The notes beneath the pieces are model-generated. The model was not told the DNA's origin. It saw nothing but the letters and a program-made list of their open reading frames with translations, and searched no databases. From Eledone cirrhosa (Eukaryota), in the NCBI GenBank assembly GCA_964016885.1, contig OZ024742.1, positions 205,034,001 through 205,098,000 on the forward strand: 64,000 nt of DNA, read 5' to 3'. A program made the translations under genes and the position numbers. Positions 11,895 through 25,286 of this stretch are shown piece after piece (positions within the stretch are counted from its first letter, which is position 1; each line of letters opens with the position of its first letter).

Positions 11895-12240
11895 CCTAGT
11901 GTTGGTGCCCTGATAAAATACACCCAGTACACTCTGTAAAGTGGTATTGCTGGTTCCATGATAACATTCACTCAGTACACTCTATAAAGTGGCAATGCTG
12001 GTGCCACAATAAAATACACCCAGTACACTCTATAAAGTGACAGTGTTACTGCTACAGTAAAATACACCCAATGCACACTTTAAAGTGATAGTGTTGGTGC
12101 CATGATAAAATACACCTAATACACTGTAAAGTGGTAGTGTTGGTGAGATAATAAAATCCACCCAGTAAATTCTGTAAAGTAGTTTTGTTGGTGCTACAAT
12201 AAAATACACCCCATAAACTGTAAAATGGTAATGTTGGTTT
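11895..12240. repeat. ~45-48-bp degenerate minisatellite
   Basis: About 7 units of gtgttggtgccatgataaaatacacccagtacactctgtaaagtg. Confidence 0.8.
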
Positions 12241-12329
12241 GAAAACATGATAGATAGACAGTTATGAATGCTAAGTCCTTTCTCAGAAAAGAATCCACTA
12301 CCCAATAGAAGTTAGTTATTGGTGACATC

Positions 12330-13850
12330 AGAGTAAGAACTTGACAAAATCATAAATACAGGAAAACCTGGTAGAAGGTATGAAAACTGAACTACCTCTC
12401 TGTTAAAAGCTCTATGTGACGAATATGACAGGCTCTATGTGACGAATATGACAGGAGGGAGGAAGATATATATATAACTTAGAGGGCAATTAGAAATTTC
12501 CTATCAGACTTCTGACCCATGGCTAGAATAAAGTACCAGCTAGATGAAGGGTAACCTTGTGGAAAAGCACTGTAGACAGGCCCATTAATCTCCAGAGACG
12601 GACATGGGAAGACTGTAAAAATGAGGTCAGCAAAGAACAGTATCACATAGATAAAAGAATTGAAAATAGGCGGTTCACCAATGTTCTGCAATGTGAGGAT
12701 CTAGGCATGAGGTAAACTACATTGTAAATCAGTGTTTTAGTGTGAATCATAATGTTGTTGGAGAAAGGTATGTTTGAAATATCACTAATACACTTAGACT
12801 CACAAGAAAGAGGCTTTGAGAAATTATTATGTGAGGTTGATGAATGGAGAATGAGTGGAAGGAAGAAGGACACAACAAAAGGAGGCCAGCTATTTAAGTT
12901 GACAGTTACAGAGTCAAAGAAACAATCAGGTAAATGAAAAATAGAAAAGCTGCAGGATAGTCAGAGAAAGTTGCTGAAATTATGAATCTGTAGAAGAGCT
13001 AGAGAAAAAATCCTACTGTGGAAACAGCTTAGAATCAAAAGTGTTCAGAGGAAACTTAGCAAAGATCTAAGTTTTGATAAGATAGAAGACAGGACTCTGA
13101 TCTCATCAAAGAAGTGGCCCTGTTTGATATGTAGAAAAGGAGTAGTAGAAACTCTATACAATGAACACATCATAAATCTTGGGTTCACAAGAGGTGTAGT
13201 GGAATAGCAGGTAGATTAACAGGCAAGGTAGACTTTGTATGTAAGAGATACACAGGAATGGTTAGTTGTAAGAATTCTAGTGTAATAAACTTTCTCCAAT
13301 TTCAGGAAGGCTCCAAAAAGAAGTTGATAACTTCTGTGTCTAGGTGACTTTATTAGCTGTAAAGGAGGTTGCTCTGAAAACATAGTAGCTAGAATAAGAA
13401 CAGGTTTTTCTCAATGAATGAAAGATTGGCTGTATCATACTTGCATGGAAGTAAGATGTGGGTTGTAAATGCAGAGGATATGTGAAGACTGGAGAGAAAT
13501 GAAGCAAGCATGCTTCGATAGATATATAATGTTAATGTGCATGGATGAACTGAGAGAAAAATTAAATATAAGAAGAATCAGATGCAGTGTGCAGGAAAGA
13601 AGTCTGCACTGGTATGGATATGTGATATGTATGGATGATGATCTTTGGGTGAAGAAGTGCCAGGAGTCTCCAGTGGAAGGAAGCTGCAGTAGAGGAAGAC
13701 CTAGGCAGAAGTGGTGAGATCTGAACTGCGAATGTTGAACCTCACAAAAATAACAAATGAATGCAATGAGTGGAGTAAAGTTGTGCTGGAAAAGACCTAT
13801 CCAATTCATGCAAGCATGGAACAATGGACATAAAAGGATGATGATGAGGA
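12330..13850 (+). mobile_element. Old decayed RTE LINE
   Basis: Remnants such as KWPCLICRKGV, WVHKRCSG, QERSLHWYGYV and GRPRQKW; (GAT) tail near 13840. Confidence 0.7.
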
Positions 13851-14337
13851 GGAATATATATTCCACACAGTTTCTATTTCTTAAATTCCAAGTATGAGCC
13901 ATTGATCAACTCACTGAAGGTTCTGTGCACTGGAATGTAACTTAGAATCATGTGTTTAGGAAGCAAAACTTCTTCTACACACAACCATGTTTGCACCTGT
14001 AAACACAACAAGCATTTTAAGGGGTTAGGCTTGTGGGCCCTGTAACAGGATTAATGTTTTTTAAGCCAGATACCCTTCCTGACACTAACAACTTTAGTCA
14101 CCTCTTATAAGTAGAGAGTTGGAATACATATTTTAAACTGGATATGCACAGCATTACTTGTGTGTGTGTTAAAAACACAATTGTTGTTTAGTTTTATCTA
14201 TTTTATTAAGGATATTTTTATTATTTCCTTAATAAAAAAAATCAAAGTTGGGTTTTTAATACATCATATTTGAAAGAAAACATGTTCCCTGTTTATACAT
14301 ATGTGTATGTGTGTATATATAATTGGATCTATATATA

Positions 14338-14960
14338 TCATCATCATCATTTAACGTCCATATTCCACGCTAGCATGGATTAGACGGGAGTTGTTCCAAT
14401 TTGAGGCAAGGTTGGTCAGGTGACTGTCTCGCTCATATAGGACTATCTGGCAGGTTTTCTACAGCTGGATGCCCTTCCTAACACCAACCACAGTGTGGAC
14501 TAGGAACTTTTTACCATGTTACCTACACGGCCACATTACAGCATGGACTGTGTGTATTTTTTTTTGTTGTGGCACCTACACGATCTCTATCTCAATCTCA
14601 TTATCTCATTTATTTGGACTGGATGTTGTGGTACCAACTTTACAGAGAGAGGGTGGTGTTAGTGGGAGGATGGAGTAGGGGTGGTGGATTGGGGTGTATA
14701 TTTGGTTAAGAGGTGCCTACTGACTGTAGGTTTCGCTTTGTACATAGGCAAGGCGGGTCTTCTGTATTACTGCATGGCGCCAAAGATCTCGGTCCAGTGA
14801 TATTGTCTCAGAGAGGTGCAAGTGTGTAAGGTCGGAATATGTCAAATCGTCCCAGGTTTTTCTGAGTCTACCTACTCGTAACTTCCATCAATTTTGATTG
14901 CCCTGAATTTTTTATACAGCTGTTGTCTTTCATGCGCATCACGTGACCATACCAACATAG
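14338..14960 (-). mobile_element. RTE 3' end fragment
   Basis: Reverse complement of the 3' ORF end and UTR of the 3897-5583 element; (CAT)n at left. Confidence 0.8.
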
Positions 14961-15001
14961 TCTTCTCTCAAGTAAATATATATATATATAATGTGGGTAA
15001 T

Positions 15002-15395
15002 CATCATCATCGTCATCATCATCGTCGTTTAACGTCCATCTTCCATGCTTGCATGGGTTTGGACGGGAATTTTCCCACTTGAGACAAGATTGGTTGTCTT
15101 GCTCGTATAGGACTGTCTGGCGGGTTTTCTACGGCTGGATGCCCTTCCTAACACCAACCACGTTTACAGTGTGGGACTGGGAGGTTTTTACCGTGTTACC
15201 TACACGGCCACATTACAGCGTGGACTGTGTGTTTTTTTTTCGTGACACCTACACGACCTCATTTATTTCGGACTGGTTGTTGTGGTACCAACATAACTTT
15301 ACATCGAAGTGGGTGGGACGTGGGTGTATTTTTGTTAGAGGTGCCTACTGACTGTAGGTTTCGCTTTATACTTAGGCAAGGCGGGTCTTCTATTA
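15002..15395 (-). mobile_element. RTE 3' UTR fragment
   Basis: Closely matches the reverse complement of 5170-5580. Confidence 0.8.
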
Positions 15396-15591
15396 AATAT
15401 TATCCAATTACAAGTGTAAGAATAGCTCAATGTAAAAAAGTATATTACAGAGCCGAAATACATTATATTAAATACATGTATGCATATATATATATAAATA
15501 GATAGATATATGTGTGTATGTATATATATATATATGTGTATGTATATATATATATGTATGTATATATATATATGTGTATGTATATATATGT

Positions 15592-16205
15592 TATGTCAGG
15601 TCACCAGTTGGTGCTACTGGTAACATGTATCCCAGTACAACCTGACCCATGGTCGGGTCGTTGGCGACTAAACTGGCAACCCCACCAAGGTTTCTTGGTG
15701 TGGAGGGTGACTTTGGACATCCTGCAGGACTAAAAACAAGACCTGTCAAAGGGAAAAGGAGCTCTTAAGAGTCAATGGCCATCCAAAATCACCGGGAGAG
15801 ATGACCCTTTAGCCTTTGTCAAGGCAGAATTCTAGGAGAAGGAAAACTCTGATATAACACCTGCAACTCTGATGGTATCCAATGATGTTGACTTGTTCTT
15901 CTTTTTGGTAAATATCATCTTGGTTAAGAGAGTGGGACTGGCTTTGTGCAGTGCCTTTGCTCACTATAAAAGCTTCACGGCACAGGCATTGCTTTATATC
16001 TGGAGATCTCTCTGCACTTGTCGTCACAGGGTACCATGGGCCCAGCACTATGTGTCAATATTTGTCACAAGTGTAGTGTTTGTACCAGAGTTTTCAAGTC
16101 GCTGGCTGGACTAAAAAGTCACACTCGTTCAGCGCATCGGTAGGGGTTCTCCTATATGGATATAAAGTAGTGGCCGTACTCGAAAACGAGTTGGCAGCCA
16201 CCATA
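15592..16205. repeat. Unclassified interspersed repeat
   Basis: First ~160 bp (tatgtcaggtcaccagttggtgctactggtaac...) recur at 25122-25283; both copies sit next to microsatellite-like sequence. Confidence 0.55.
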
Positions 16206-16229
16206 TGTGTATGTATAAATGTGTGTGTG

Positions 16230-16277
<48 letters not shown>

Positions 16278-16620
16278 TATTTATATGTATTGTTTGTAAT
16301 ACAACACATACAACCACACATTTTTGTTATATGGTGTGTGTAATACTCATATTTTATCAGTATATAAAATCCCCATTTGAAGACTTCATCTCTATATAAT
16401 GTAATGTCCTGGACTACTTAAGACTTGAGCATTGCAATCACAACTATCACCTTGTCAAGATATATCACTGTTGCCGTCTCTGTGAGCATTACTTATGTCT
16501 TGTTACATCTAGACAGCCACTGATGAGCTGTCAACTCTTCACAACTATTTATATTTAGATATATACATACGTGTTTGTATTTATCTATTTACCTATCAAT
16601 CATTTGGTCTCTCTCTCTCT

Positions 16621-16664
<44 letters not shown>

Positions 16665-16893
16665 GTGTGTATATATATATACATATATGTGTGTATGTAT
16701 ATCATCATCATCGCTTAACGTCCATCTTCCACGCTAGTATGGGTTAGACAGGAGTTGTCCCAATTTGAGGCAAGGTTGATCGGGTGACCGTGTCATATAT
16801 ATATATAAATATAACTAAAATGAATAAAGATGTGTATATATATATATATATATTGTGTGTGTGTATATATGTATGTGTACATGTGTGTATATA

Positions 16894-16947
<54 letters not shown>

Positions 16948-17842
16948 ACATGTCCAACCCTTGCTAGCAGGAAAAGCTGACTTTAAAACAATGACAATAT
17001 ATATATATAACCCTTGCAAGCAGGGAAAAGCGGACGTAAAATGATGATGATGATGATGATGATGATGATATATATATATACTAAAATGAATAAAAATGTT
17101 GTGTCTGAGAAAATTACAGACACACATCATATCCCCTTGCTAAGGAAGCTCAAAGAAAAATTCCAAGCCCTTAATATAAATTCACAAACAAATGACATGT
17201 ATATGATTTGCAATGACATGTATTTGATTTGCAAATAATGTAAGAACATATAATTAGAAATTAGCAGTGTATTGAAATTTAACAAAAATATTAAACAGAA
17301 CATACCGGACATTAAATAACTATTTCACTCACTCATACATAATTACTTTGTGGCTTCAGAAACTATGTTTCATCTTTAAAATGGTCAAGTTCAGTGGTCA
17401 ATTAGGATCATCAACGAGAGAGAATCAACTATATGAACTTACACCTCTAAAACAAATCTAAGGATTTGCCAAAACGCACATGGAGTTTTAAAAAACCCAC
17501 AGCATCTCAGTTTGTGACATAAATTGATATATTTATATATTTGTCATTTACTTTTGAATTTATATTAAAAGCTCTGGTGGGTTTTTTGTTTCTTTTTTTT
17601 TTTTAGCTTCCTTTTGCAATCGATATGGCGCATGTCTGTAATTTTATCAGATCTTTATTCATTTTAGGGAGCCACGCAAGGACTCTGGAACATTTCTACT
17701 ACAACAGATAGTGTATTCTGTTTGGCCCTGGCTTTCTTACTTCCCCCAGTTTTGGTGGCATGTCATTGAACAATTCCTTTGGCAGAGCAGGCCACACCAG
17801 GCCCATGTGTATATATATATATTATATGTTCATATATATATA

Positions 17843-18186
17843 TCATCATCATCATCATTTCATTTTACGTCCGCTTTTTCCCTGCTTGCAAGGGTGGGAC
17901 GGGAACTGATTTTGGCTTGATTTCTACAGCTGGATGCCCTTCCTAACACCAACCTCATTTACAGTGAGTGCTGGGTGCTTTTTTGCCGTGGCACCTCCAC
18001 GACCACTTTGCAGTGGAATGATATAGACCCCAGTCCCTATCATCTTATTTCTACAGCTGAGTAAACTGGAGCAATGTGAAATAAAGTGTCTTGCTCAAGG
18101 AAACAACATATCACCCAGTCTGAGAATTGAACTCACAACCTTTCGATTGCAAGGCCAATGCTCTAACCACTAAGCCATGTGCCTCC
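17843..18186 (-). mobile_element. CORE-type tRNA SINE copy
   Basis: Full-length match to 2619-2958; inserted in (TA)n. Confidence 0.8.
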
Positions 18187-19275
18187 ATATATATATATAT
18201 TCATTAGTCATGACCCTGATTACTGGCTAGTGATTAATGGCTAATGAATAATGTTAACGCCACAATGGGTGATAACGTTACCCAACGACGTCACAGTTTT
18301 GTGACACCAAAATGTTGTGATGAAACTTTAACACAGAAATGTCACAAAAAATCAATCAATCTATAAAATTAAAATGCAACTGTATCTTTTGTTTAATTAT
18401 TTTTCATTAGTCATTCATCATTAGTCATTACTCATTATTCAAAACGTGGTACGGTGTGGCCAACTAGCCAGACTTGTCTCCTAATGGGACCACCCAGTCC
18501 CACACTGTAAACATAGTTAAGTAGGGTATCCAGCAACTGCAAAAATCCAACCAAAACACAGTGCTGCTATGAGTAAGGTACGATTGAGATTTAGGACCAC
18601 CCACTTCCTAAAAGATGGTTCGCCATGAACAAGGTATGGCGTGGTTAACTGGCCCGACTCTCCTCATACAGGAATCACCTGGTTCCACACTGTAAACACA
18701 GTTGGTGTAAACGTGGCTGAGATTTAGGAAGGACATCCAACAGTCATAAGAACCCAGTCAAAACACGGTTCCGCTACAAGCAACATATGGCGTGGCCAAC
18801 TGACCAGACCCATTCCATAACAGTACCACCTATTTCCACATTGTAAATGTGGTTGGTGTTCGGAAGGCATCCAGCAATCGTAAAAACCCAGCCAGAACAC
18901 GGTTTCGCTAGCAACAAAGTACAGTGTGGTCAACTGGCAAGACTTGTCTAATAACATGGACAACCCATCTAACCCATGCAAGCATAAAAAAAATAGATGT
19001 TAAACAGTGATGATGATGATTTGTACAGATATATATATAATTAGAATTTTATTTCTCGCTCTAGCATAGCAGATACATGAATGTAAGTATGCATACACAC
19101 ACATATATACATATTGGTATATACACATACACACACACACACACAAATATATATATATGTACGTATGGGTTATATCAAATAATAATAACATTTTATTCAT
19201 GGGCAAGCAAACGACCCGTCTAAGCTATCTTGTGCCTTGATGACCAATCCGTTTGTTCAACAGTAGTATCGAAGA

Positions 19276-19317
19276 ACAACCAACGCGTTTCTGGTTCTTA
19301 CCCTTCATCAGGACTGT
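19276..19317 (-). ncRNA. Minimal type I hammerhead motif (Penelope-like terminus)
   Basis: Minus strand ACAGUC-CUGAUGA-aggguaagaacca-GAAAC-GC-GUU-GGUUGU; palindromic stem III ACGCGU; weak stem II; AATAAA downstream (19192-19197). Confidence 0.5.
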
Positions 19318-19511
19318 ATTTTTCTAGAGTTATGGCCCTTTATGATCTGAGTTCAAATCCCGCTGAGATTAACTTTGTCTTTTATCCTTATGGGGTCGAT
19401 AAAATAAAGTACCAGTAATGTACTAGGGTAATTGCTGGCCTTGTGCCAAAAGTAGAAACCATTATTATTTGATATAACCCATACGTACATATATATATAT
19501 ATATGTGTGTG

Positions 19512-21030
19512 TGTGTCCTCAACCAATTCTAGCGGCTTCCCGCCTACATTAGTGATCCCATCTGGCTTCTCAACATTCTCTACCCGATATTATGTTTTAG
19601 TCTCATACATTCTCAGCCCCACACTCATCGACACAGTCTCAACCTCCCGCATCAAATCCTCTGCCTCCTTCAATGTATTTGTCACCAAAACTATGTCGTC
19701 GGCAAATTCAGCATCTGATACCTTTTTCGCCTTAACTCTGAGCCGGTGCTACAGTAAAGCCAGAGTCCTTGGCGCATACAATAGTCCACTACGATGATAA
19801 AAAGGTAGGGAGCCAATGTATATCCCTGGAGCACTCCAGCCAGTATCTCAAAGAACTCTGTCATCCCATCAGGTGTAATGACTTGGGCTTTGGTGTTGGT
19901 GTAGAGCAGTGATATCAGGTCCACTATCTTCTTGGGGATTCTATAAGCCTGTAAGATCTTCATCAGGCAGTGACGGTCCACAGAATCAAAGGCCTTCCTA
20001 AAGTCAATGAAAACCATGACCGCAGGAAGGCACTTTGCTCTAGCTCCCTCTAATATCCTCCTCAGCATCAGGATGTGACTGGTGGTTGATCTTCCCTCTC
20101 TGAAGCCGTTCTGGTTGTCCCTGAGCTTCTTCTCCATCTCAGGCTGGATCCTGTTAAGAATCATCCTGTTGAGGGTCTTTGCCACAAGTGACCTCAGTGA
20201 GATCCCCCTGTAGTTGTTGGTGTTAGAGAGATCTCCCTTCTTTGGCACTGGGACGATGTTACTGATCCTCCACTGATTCGGGGCAACTCCTTTCTCCAGT
20301 GCCTGGTTACAGAACCCCAGGATGATATCATCAAAATCACACCTCTTCATCACCTCTGATGCCACTCCATCTTCTCCATGAGCCTTGCCCTCCTTGATCC
20401 TCTTCTTGGTTCTCTGAAGCTCCTCTCTGGTGAAGGGCTCTGTCTCAATATCCAGTTCCTCAAACAGCCGCCTGATCTCCCCAGTGGGAGCAAAGATTGG
20501 GAATACGGAAGATGATGTGGTTGAGAGGAAGAGCAAGGCCTGGGCGGTGTGCCACAGCTTGAGATCGGTGTGGAAGTCAGACCTTCGTAAAGACCTGAAG
20601 ATCCGCCTCTTCATTGCTGTACGGGTCTGAGACTTGGACACTGACCAAGAAACTCACTCAGATGGTGGATGGGTGCTACACGAGAATGCTGAGGATGGCT
20701 CTGAACATTAATCAGTATACACTAAGGATGAAAAACTCAGAGCTGTATGGGAGCCTCCCAAAAGTCAGCTCAAAAGTGACACAGAGGAGACTGAGGTTAG
20801 CTGGACATGCTCACCGACATCCAGAGTTGACATTGCACTCAGTGCTCCTGAGGGAGCCCCTACATGGACACACTGGAAGAGGAAGACCAAGGTTGACGTA
20901 TGTTGATGCCCTAAGGACAGACACTCATCTGTTGGAGACGCAGGACATGGCAGTGATAATGAGGGACAGAGACTGCTGGAGAGAACTCGTCCATGGATCT
21001 CGGGAATTTTACCCGCCCTAGATAGATATA
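19512..21030 (+). mobile_element. RTE/RTEX-group LINE with inverted 5' portion
   Basis: RT N-half (YRGISL, QNGFR, FIDFRKAFDSV, GVLQG, ADD...ELVED) on the minus strand at 19515-20484; its continuation (GAKIG...YGSETW...GRGRP) on the plus strand at 20485-21021. Confidence 0.88.
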
Positions 21031-21052
21031 TGTATGTGTTTGTGTGTATATC

Positions 21053-21085
<33 letters not shown>

Positions 21086-21118
21086 ATATATATATATGTG
21101 TGTGTGTGTATATATATC

Positions 21119-21155
<37 letters not shown>

Positions 21156-21268
21156 GTATGTGTATATATATATGTATGTATGTGTGTGTATATATATATA
21201 TATATATATCATCCTCATCAACGTTTAACGTCTATCTTCCACGCTAGCATGAGTCTGATATATATATA

Positions 21269-22063
21269 TGTTTCTTCTTCATCACTTTCTGTTGCTTAAA
21301 CCATTTTGTTTGTTTACCCTAGTGTCCCCCTTATTTACGTGTCCCAACGACTTTTTTTAGCCGTTGCTCGTACCAACCTGAGGTATATGGCCTTTAATGC
21401 GACGAAATGCCTACGACGGTTGGAAGGCCACTGATGAGGACAAACTTTTTCATATGTAACCCATTTGCAGCGCCACAGCTCCATTATTATCATATTTACA
21501 CATATATTTTTTCCTCCGCTGCCACCAGTCTGTTTCGTTCTTTGTGTCTTTACCCCTTCTAGCAGTCTCTCTCTCTCTGTTAGCCTCTTCCTCACCTTTC
21601 ACTCACTCACTCTCTGTCACTACCTCTCCTCCTCCCCTTTCTTCCCGTTTGACCTGTCCGTAATCCTTTTCTCGCGGGCACTTGACCAAGCTTGTATGAA
21701 TTTTTTTTCTCTCTCTCTCGTCTGCGACTTCACAGAATTTATGTTTACTGAATTCGCAGACCAGACCCCTTCTTCCTCCCGTTAGACCTGTGCGAAATTC
21801 CTTCCTTGCTCACATTTCAACCAGGTTTGATGGTCTTTATTCTCTCGTTCACGATTCCACCGAATTTATATTCATAGAAATCTGGGATTTGTTCTTCTTC
21901 ATCACTTTCTGTTGCTTAAACCATTTTGTTTGTTTACCCTAGCGTCCCCCTTATTTACGTGTCCCAACGACTTTTTTTAGCCGTTGCTCGCACGTATATG
22001 GCCTTTAATGCGACGAAATGCCTACGACGGTTGGAAGGCCACTGATGAGGACAAACTTTTTCA
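21269..22063. mobile_element. Non-coding element with ~180-bp direct terminal repeats, inserted in (TA)n
   Basis: 21269-21452 is nearly identical to 21890-22063 (TG...CA); no PBS or PPT; each repeat has CTGATGAG near its 3' end. Confidence 0.7.
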
Positions 22064-22849
22064 TATATATATATATACACATATATATATTCTCAGTTCT
22101 GTTATTTTCTCTGAACAATAATTGTCATCTGTAACTAATTTACCATTCTTACATTGGGTGTGGTCCCTCTCTCTCCCTCATCATCTTTTCTTTCTTTTAT
22201 TCTATTCTTTTTTTTTTCAATTTTTTACACATCTTTTTCCCTTCTTACCTTCCTTTTTTCTGTTTTGACAAAAAGGTAGAGGGTGGAAAGACAAAATGGA
22301 TGGGGTTAGGATTAACCCCCCCCCCTCTATCTTTATGTTCTCTCCCTACCCCTGCCTTTTGGGGGTTTCTTTTTCCTGTGTCTGTCTCTGTGTATGTCTG
22401 TCTCTATGTATGCATGTATCTGTGTGTGTTTGTATTTATGTTTATTCCAATTTTTCTTATTCTTCAACCTTTCCCCCTTTTCCTTATCATCACTGTTGGT
22501 GGTTGTGGTGGTAGGGTAGTTCTTATTGTGTTTGGTGGTGGTGGTGGCGGCAGTGTTGTTGTCAGTATTGTTGCTGTTGGTGATGTCCTTGTTGTTCTTG
22601 ATAGTATTGTTGTTGTTGTTGTAGTTGGTGTAAGGAGGTGGAAGGTGGTAAATTGACAGTACAGCTACAACATTAGTCAAAATGACTTACTGCAATATTT
22701 AGTTATGTTCTGGATTCGGTTCAGGATCATAAGGTTACAGGCTTGATTCCTGTACCAGGCAATGTGCTGTGTTCTTCAGCAAGATACTTCATTTCATGTT
22801 GCTTTTCATGATATGACTAGGGGAAGGGCCTATCATTAAAACACACAAG

Positions 22850-23170
22850 AAATCTCTTACCTCGGATATCAGAGATTCACTCTGAGTGGAGCCGCTACTT
22901 CTCCGAATTGAGAGATCACAGCTCTGATATTATGGGCATGTGGTTAGAATGTCTCAGGAAAGAATTGTTGGACAGATTTTGTGGGCAAAACCAACTGGCA
23001 GGAGACTCAGGGTAGACCCTGAGCAAAATGGTTGAATAAAATCCATGGTCTCGCTTGGAGACAATTGCTTCTAACAGGACCCGCTGGAAGGAATGTTTGA
23101 GGACTCTACTCTCACGACCCTCTCAGGAATAAGTGAGCAAAAAAGATGGAGTAGGGGAAGAAGAAGAAGA
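22850..23170 (+). mobile_element. RTE-like 3' fragment of a second family
   Basis: EPLLLRIERSQL*YYGHVVRM motif; 3' end cacgaccctctcaggaataagtg also at ~27830 and a related end at ~29685. Confidence 0.55.
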
Positions 23171-24700
23171 TATAATCTCCTATGATATAATCTACCTTGT
23201 AGAAGTCCAGCTAAACTTACATAGATGTAAACTGTAACATTTCATTTTCCTTTCATATTGTTTCTGGATTCATATCCTGCTGTGGTCACTTTCTATTTCA
23301 TCCTTCTAGAATCAATAAAATGTTAAAGTATCGGACATAATGCTCTGTGGTATTTAGTTACAACCTTTTACACTTTGAGTTCAAATCTGACCAAAGTCAG
23401 CTTTGATAAATTAAAGCAACAGTCAAGACCTAAGGGGCGATTTTATTGACTTTCCCCTTCCCTTCAAAATATGCTGGCTTTGTACCTAAAATGCAATCGA
23501 CCACCACCACAGTTCATTGGTAGAATCATTCATTAAAGTGTTTGCCAAAATGTCTTCTGATATTTATTCTGGCTCTTTTCATTCTGATTTCAAATTCCAT
23601 ATATTTACCTTATTTTTACTCTGGTATCAAATGGACACACATTTATTATTATCAACCAATTGTTGTTGTTGTTGTCGTCGTCGTCGTTGCCACTGCTGCT
23701 GCTGTTTAATAGAGTTTTTTTTCATTTTATAAAAGAGAAACCAAAGATTCTACAACAGATAAAATATTTGAATTTAATTATTAGCAAAAAGCCATTATGG
23801 CTATCATCATCATCATCACCATCGTGACACCTATAGCCATATATTTATCTGTTACCACCACCACCATCATGACCTCTACTGCTATACACTTATCTGCTAT
23901 GATATGTTTGACATTTCTCTGAGTCTTTAGCATTTAAACCGGCTGTATCCGGCCAGAATTCTCTCACCTCTTTATGTTCAAACTGGCTGTAACTGGCTAC
24001 TCATACTGATGTTGAAGTATTGTTCTTAAAATAAATAATATCAAAATCTCATAGATTTGATATTATGTGAGATAATTGTGTGAGGTAAAGCCTTTACCAC
24101 AAAAATACAATAGTATATATAGAGTAATCAAGTTTTACACCAACTACAGATTTATAGTTAGCTACAGAACATATTTAAATTAGGATTCTCATTGTCTGCC
24201 TCTCTCTTTATCTAGTTGTTCTGTCCTCAGACCTCCAAGTTGACCGGATAACCAACATATGATCCCACACTCTTTTACGTGCATTATATTATGACATCAA
24301 CATTAGAGAAGTTGCCATATCTTTGACATAACTGAAGAGTCTTCCTGACCTTTTCTTTGGCAGGTTTTCTTTCACCAACCACATTACAGAGTGTACTGTG
24401 TGCATTTTTAAAAATAGATCACCAACACTAGGGAGGTTGTCATGTCTATGGCACAGCTGGAGGAGAAATCATTACAGAGCAAATCAATGTGATATGTTCT
24501 TAGGAAAGTGATACTTGAATAGAACAAATTAGGCTGATAATATTCAAAGAAATCTAAAAATTCCAACATATACCTCTTCCTCCTCCTCCTCCTTTATCTC
24601 TCCCTTTATGTATTATATTTATATATCTATCTCATTTTATTCTCATCAGTTTGCTTATGTTTTTCAATCATAACATATCTTTACTCTTTTTCTCTCTCAG

Positions 24701-24793
24701 ACTAACGGTATTGTTGTAGGAATTGTTGATGCTATAGCCAACCCATCAGACCGACGCAGCCAATGCACACCTCACTACCTTCTTCAGAAAGAG
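24701..24793 (+). CDS. DAP3: DAP3 internal exon
   Basis: tctctctcag|ACT...GAG|gtaaat; TNGIVVGIVDAIANPSDRRSQCTPHYLLQKE resembles human HGGAIVSALSQ...LPQELLGKE; phase 0/0. Confidence 0.88.
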
Positions 24794-25286
24794 GTAAATT
24801 CTAAATATTTATATATAAGCATCTTTGTATGTGTGTTCTTCTTTTTTGGATACCTGTTACTGAAGTTTAGATAGTTGAATTGGTCTAGTGCAAAGCTTTT
24901 CTTCACTTAAAAAAGCTTCAAACACTGGCATCACTTGATCTAAAAATCTTTCACCTGTATTGCATGAGGATAGCTTTTTTTTTTTGCTACAGCATATACA
25001 GAAAGGAATGTAAGTCCTTGGAATGGCTACAGTCATGTTTGTACCATCCATGTATGAGAAAAGATCAAACTATGGCAATTCTCGAAATCAAGGTGCAACC
25101 ATCATGTGTATGTATATACCTATATGTCAGGTCACCAGTTGGTGCTACTGGTAACTTGTATCCCAGTACAACCTGTCTCATGGTCGGGTCGTTGGCGACT
25201 AAACTGGCAACCCCACCAAGATTTCTTGGTGAGGAGGGTGACTTTGGACATCCTGCAGGACTAAAAACAAAACCTGTCAAGGGTTT

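Noticed and set aside
16510-16535. CTGATGAG as a hammerhead
   Set aside because: No GAAA box or stem III; only a small GACAGC/GCTGTC hairpin.
17667-17810. GC-richer segment after ttttag as an extra DAP3 exon
   Set aside because: Flanking DAP3 exons already join without a gap relative to the human protein; no recognisable homology or clear donor.
19691-20641. 316-aa ORF as an intact RT
   Set aside because: Its N-terminus is the antisense of the non-inverted half; it is a chimera across the inversion.
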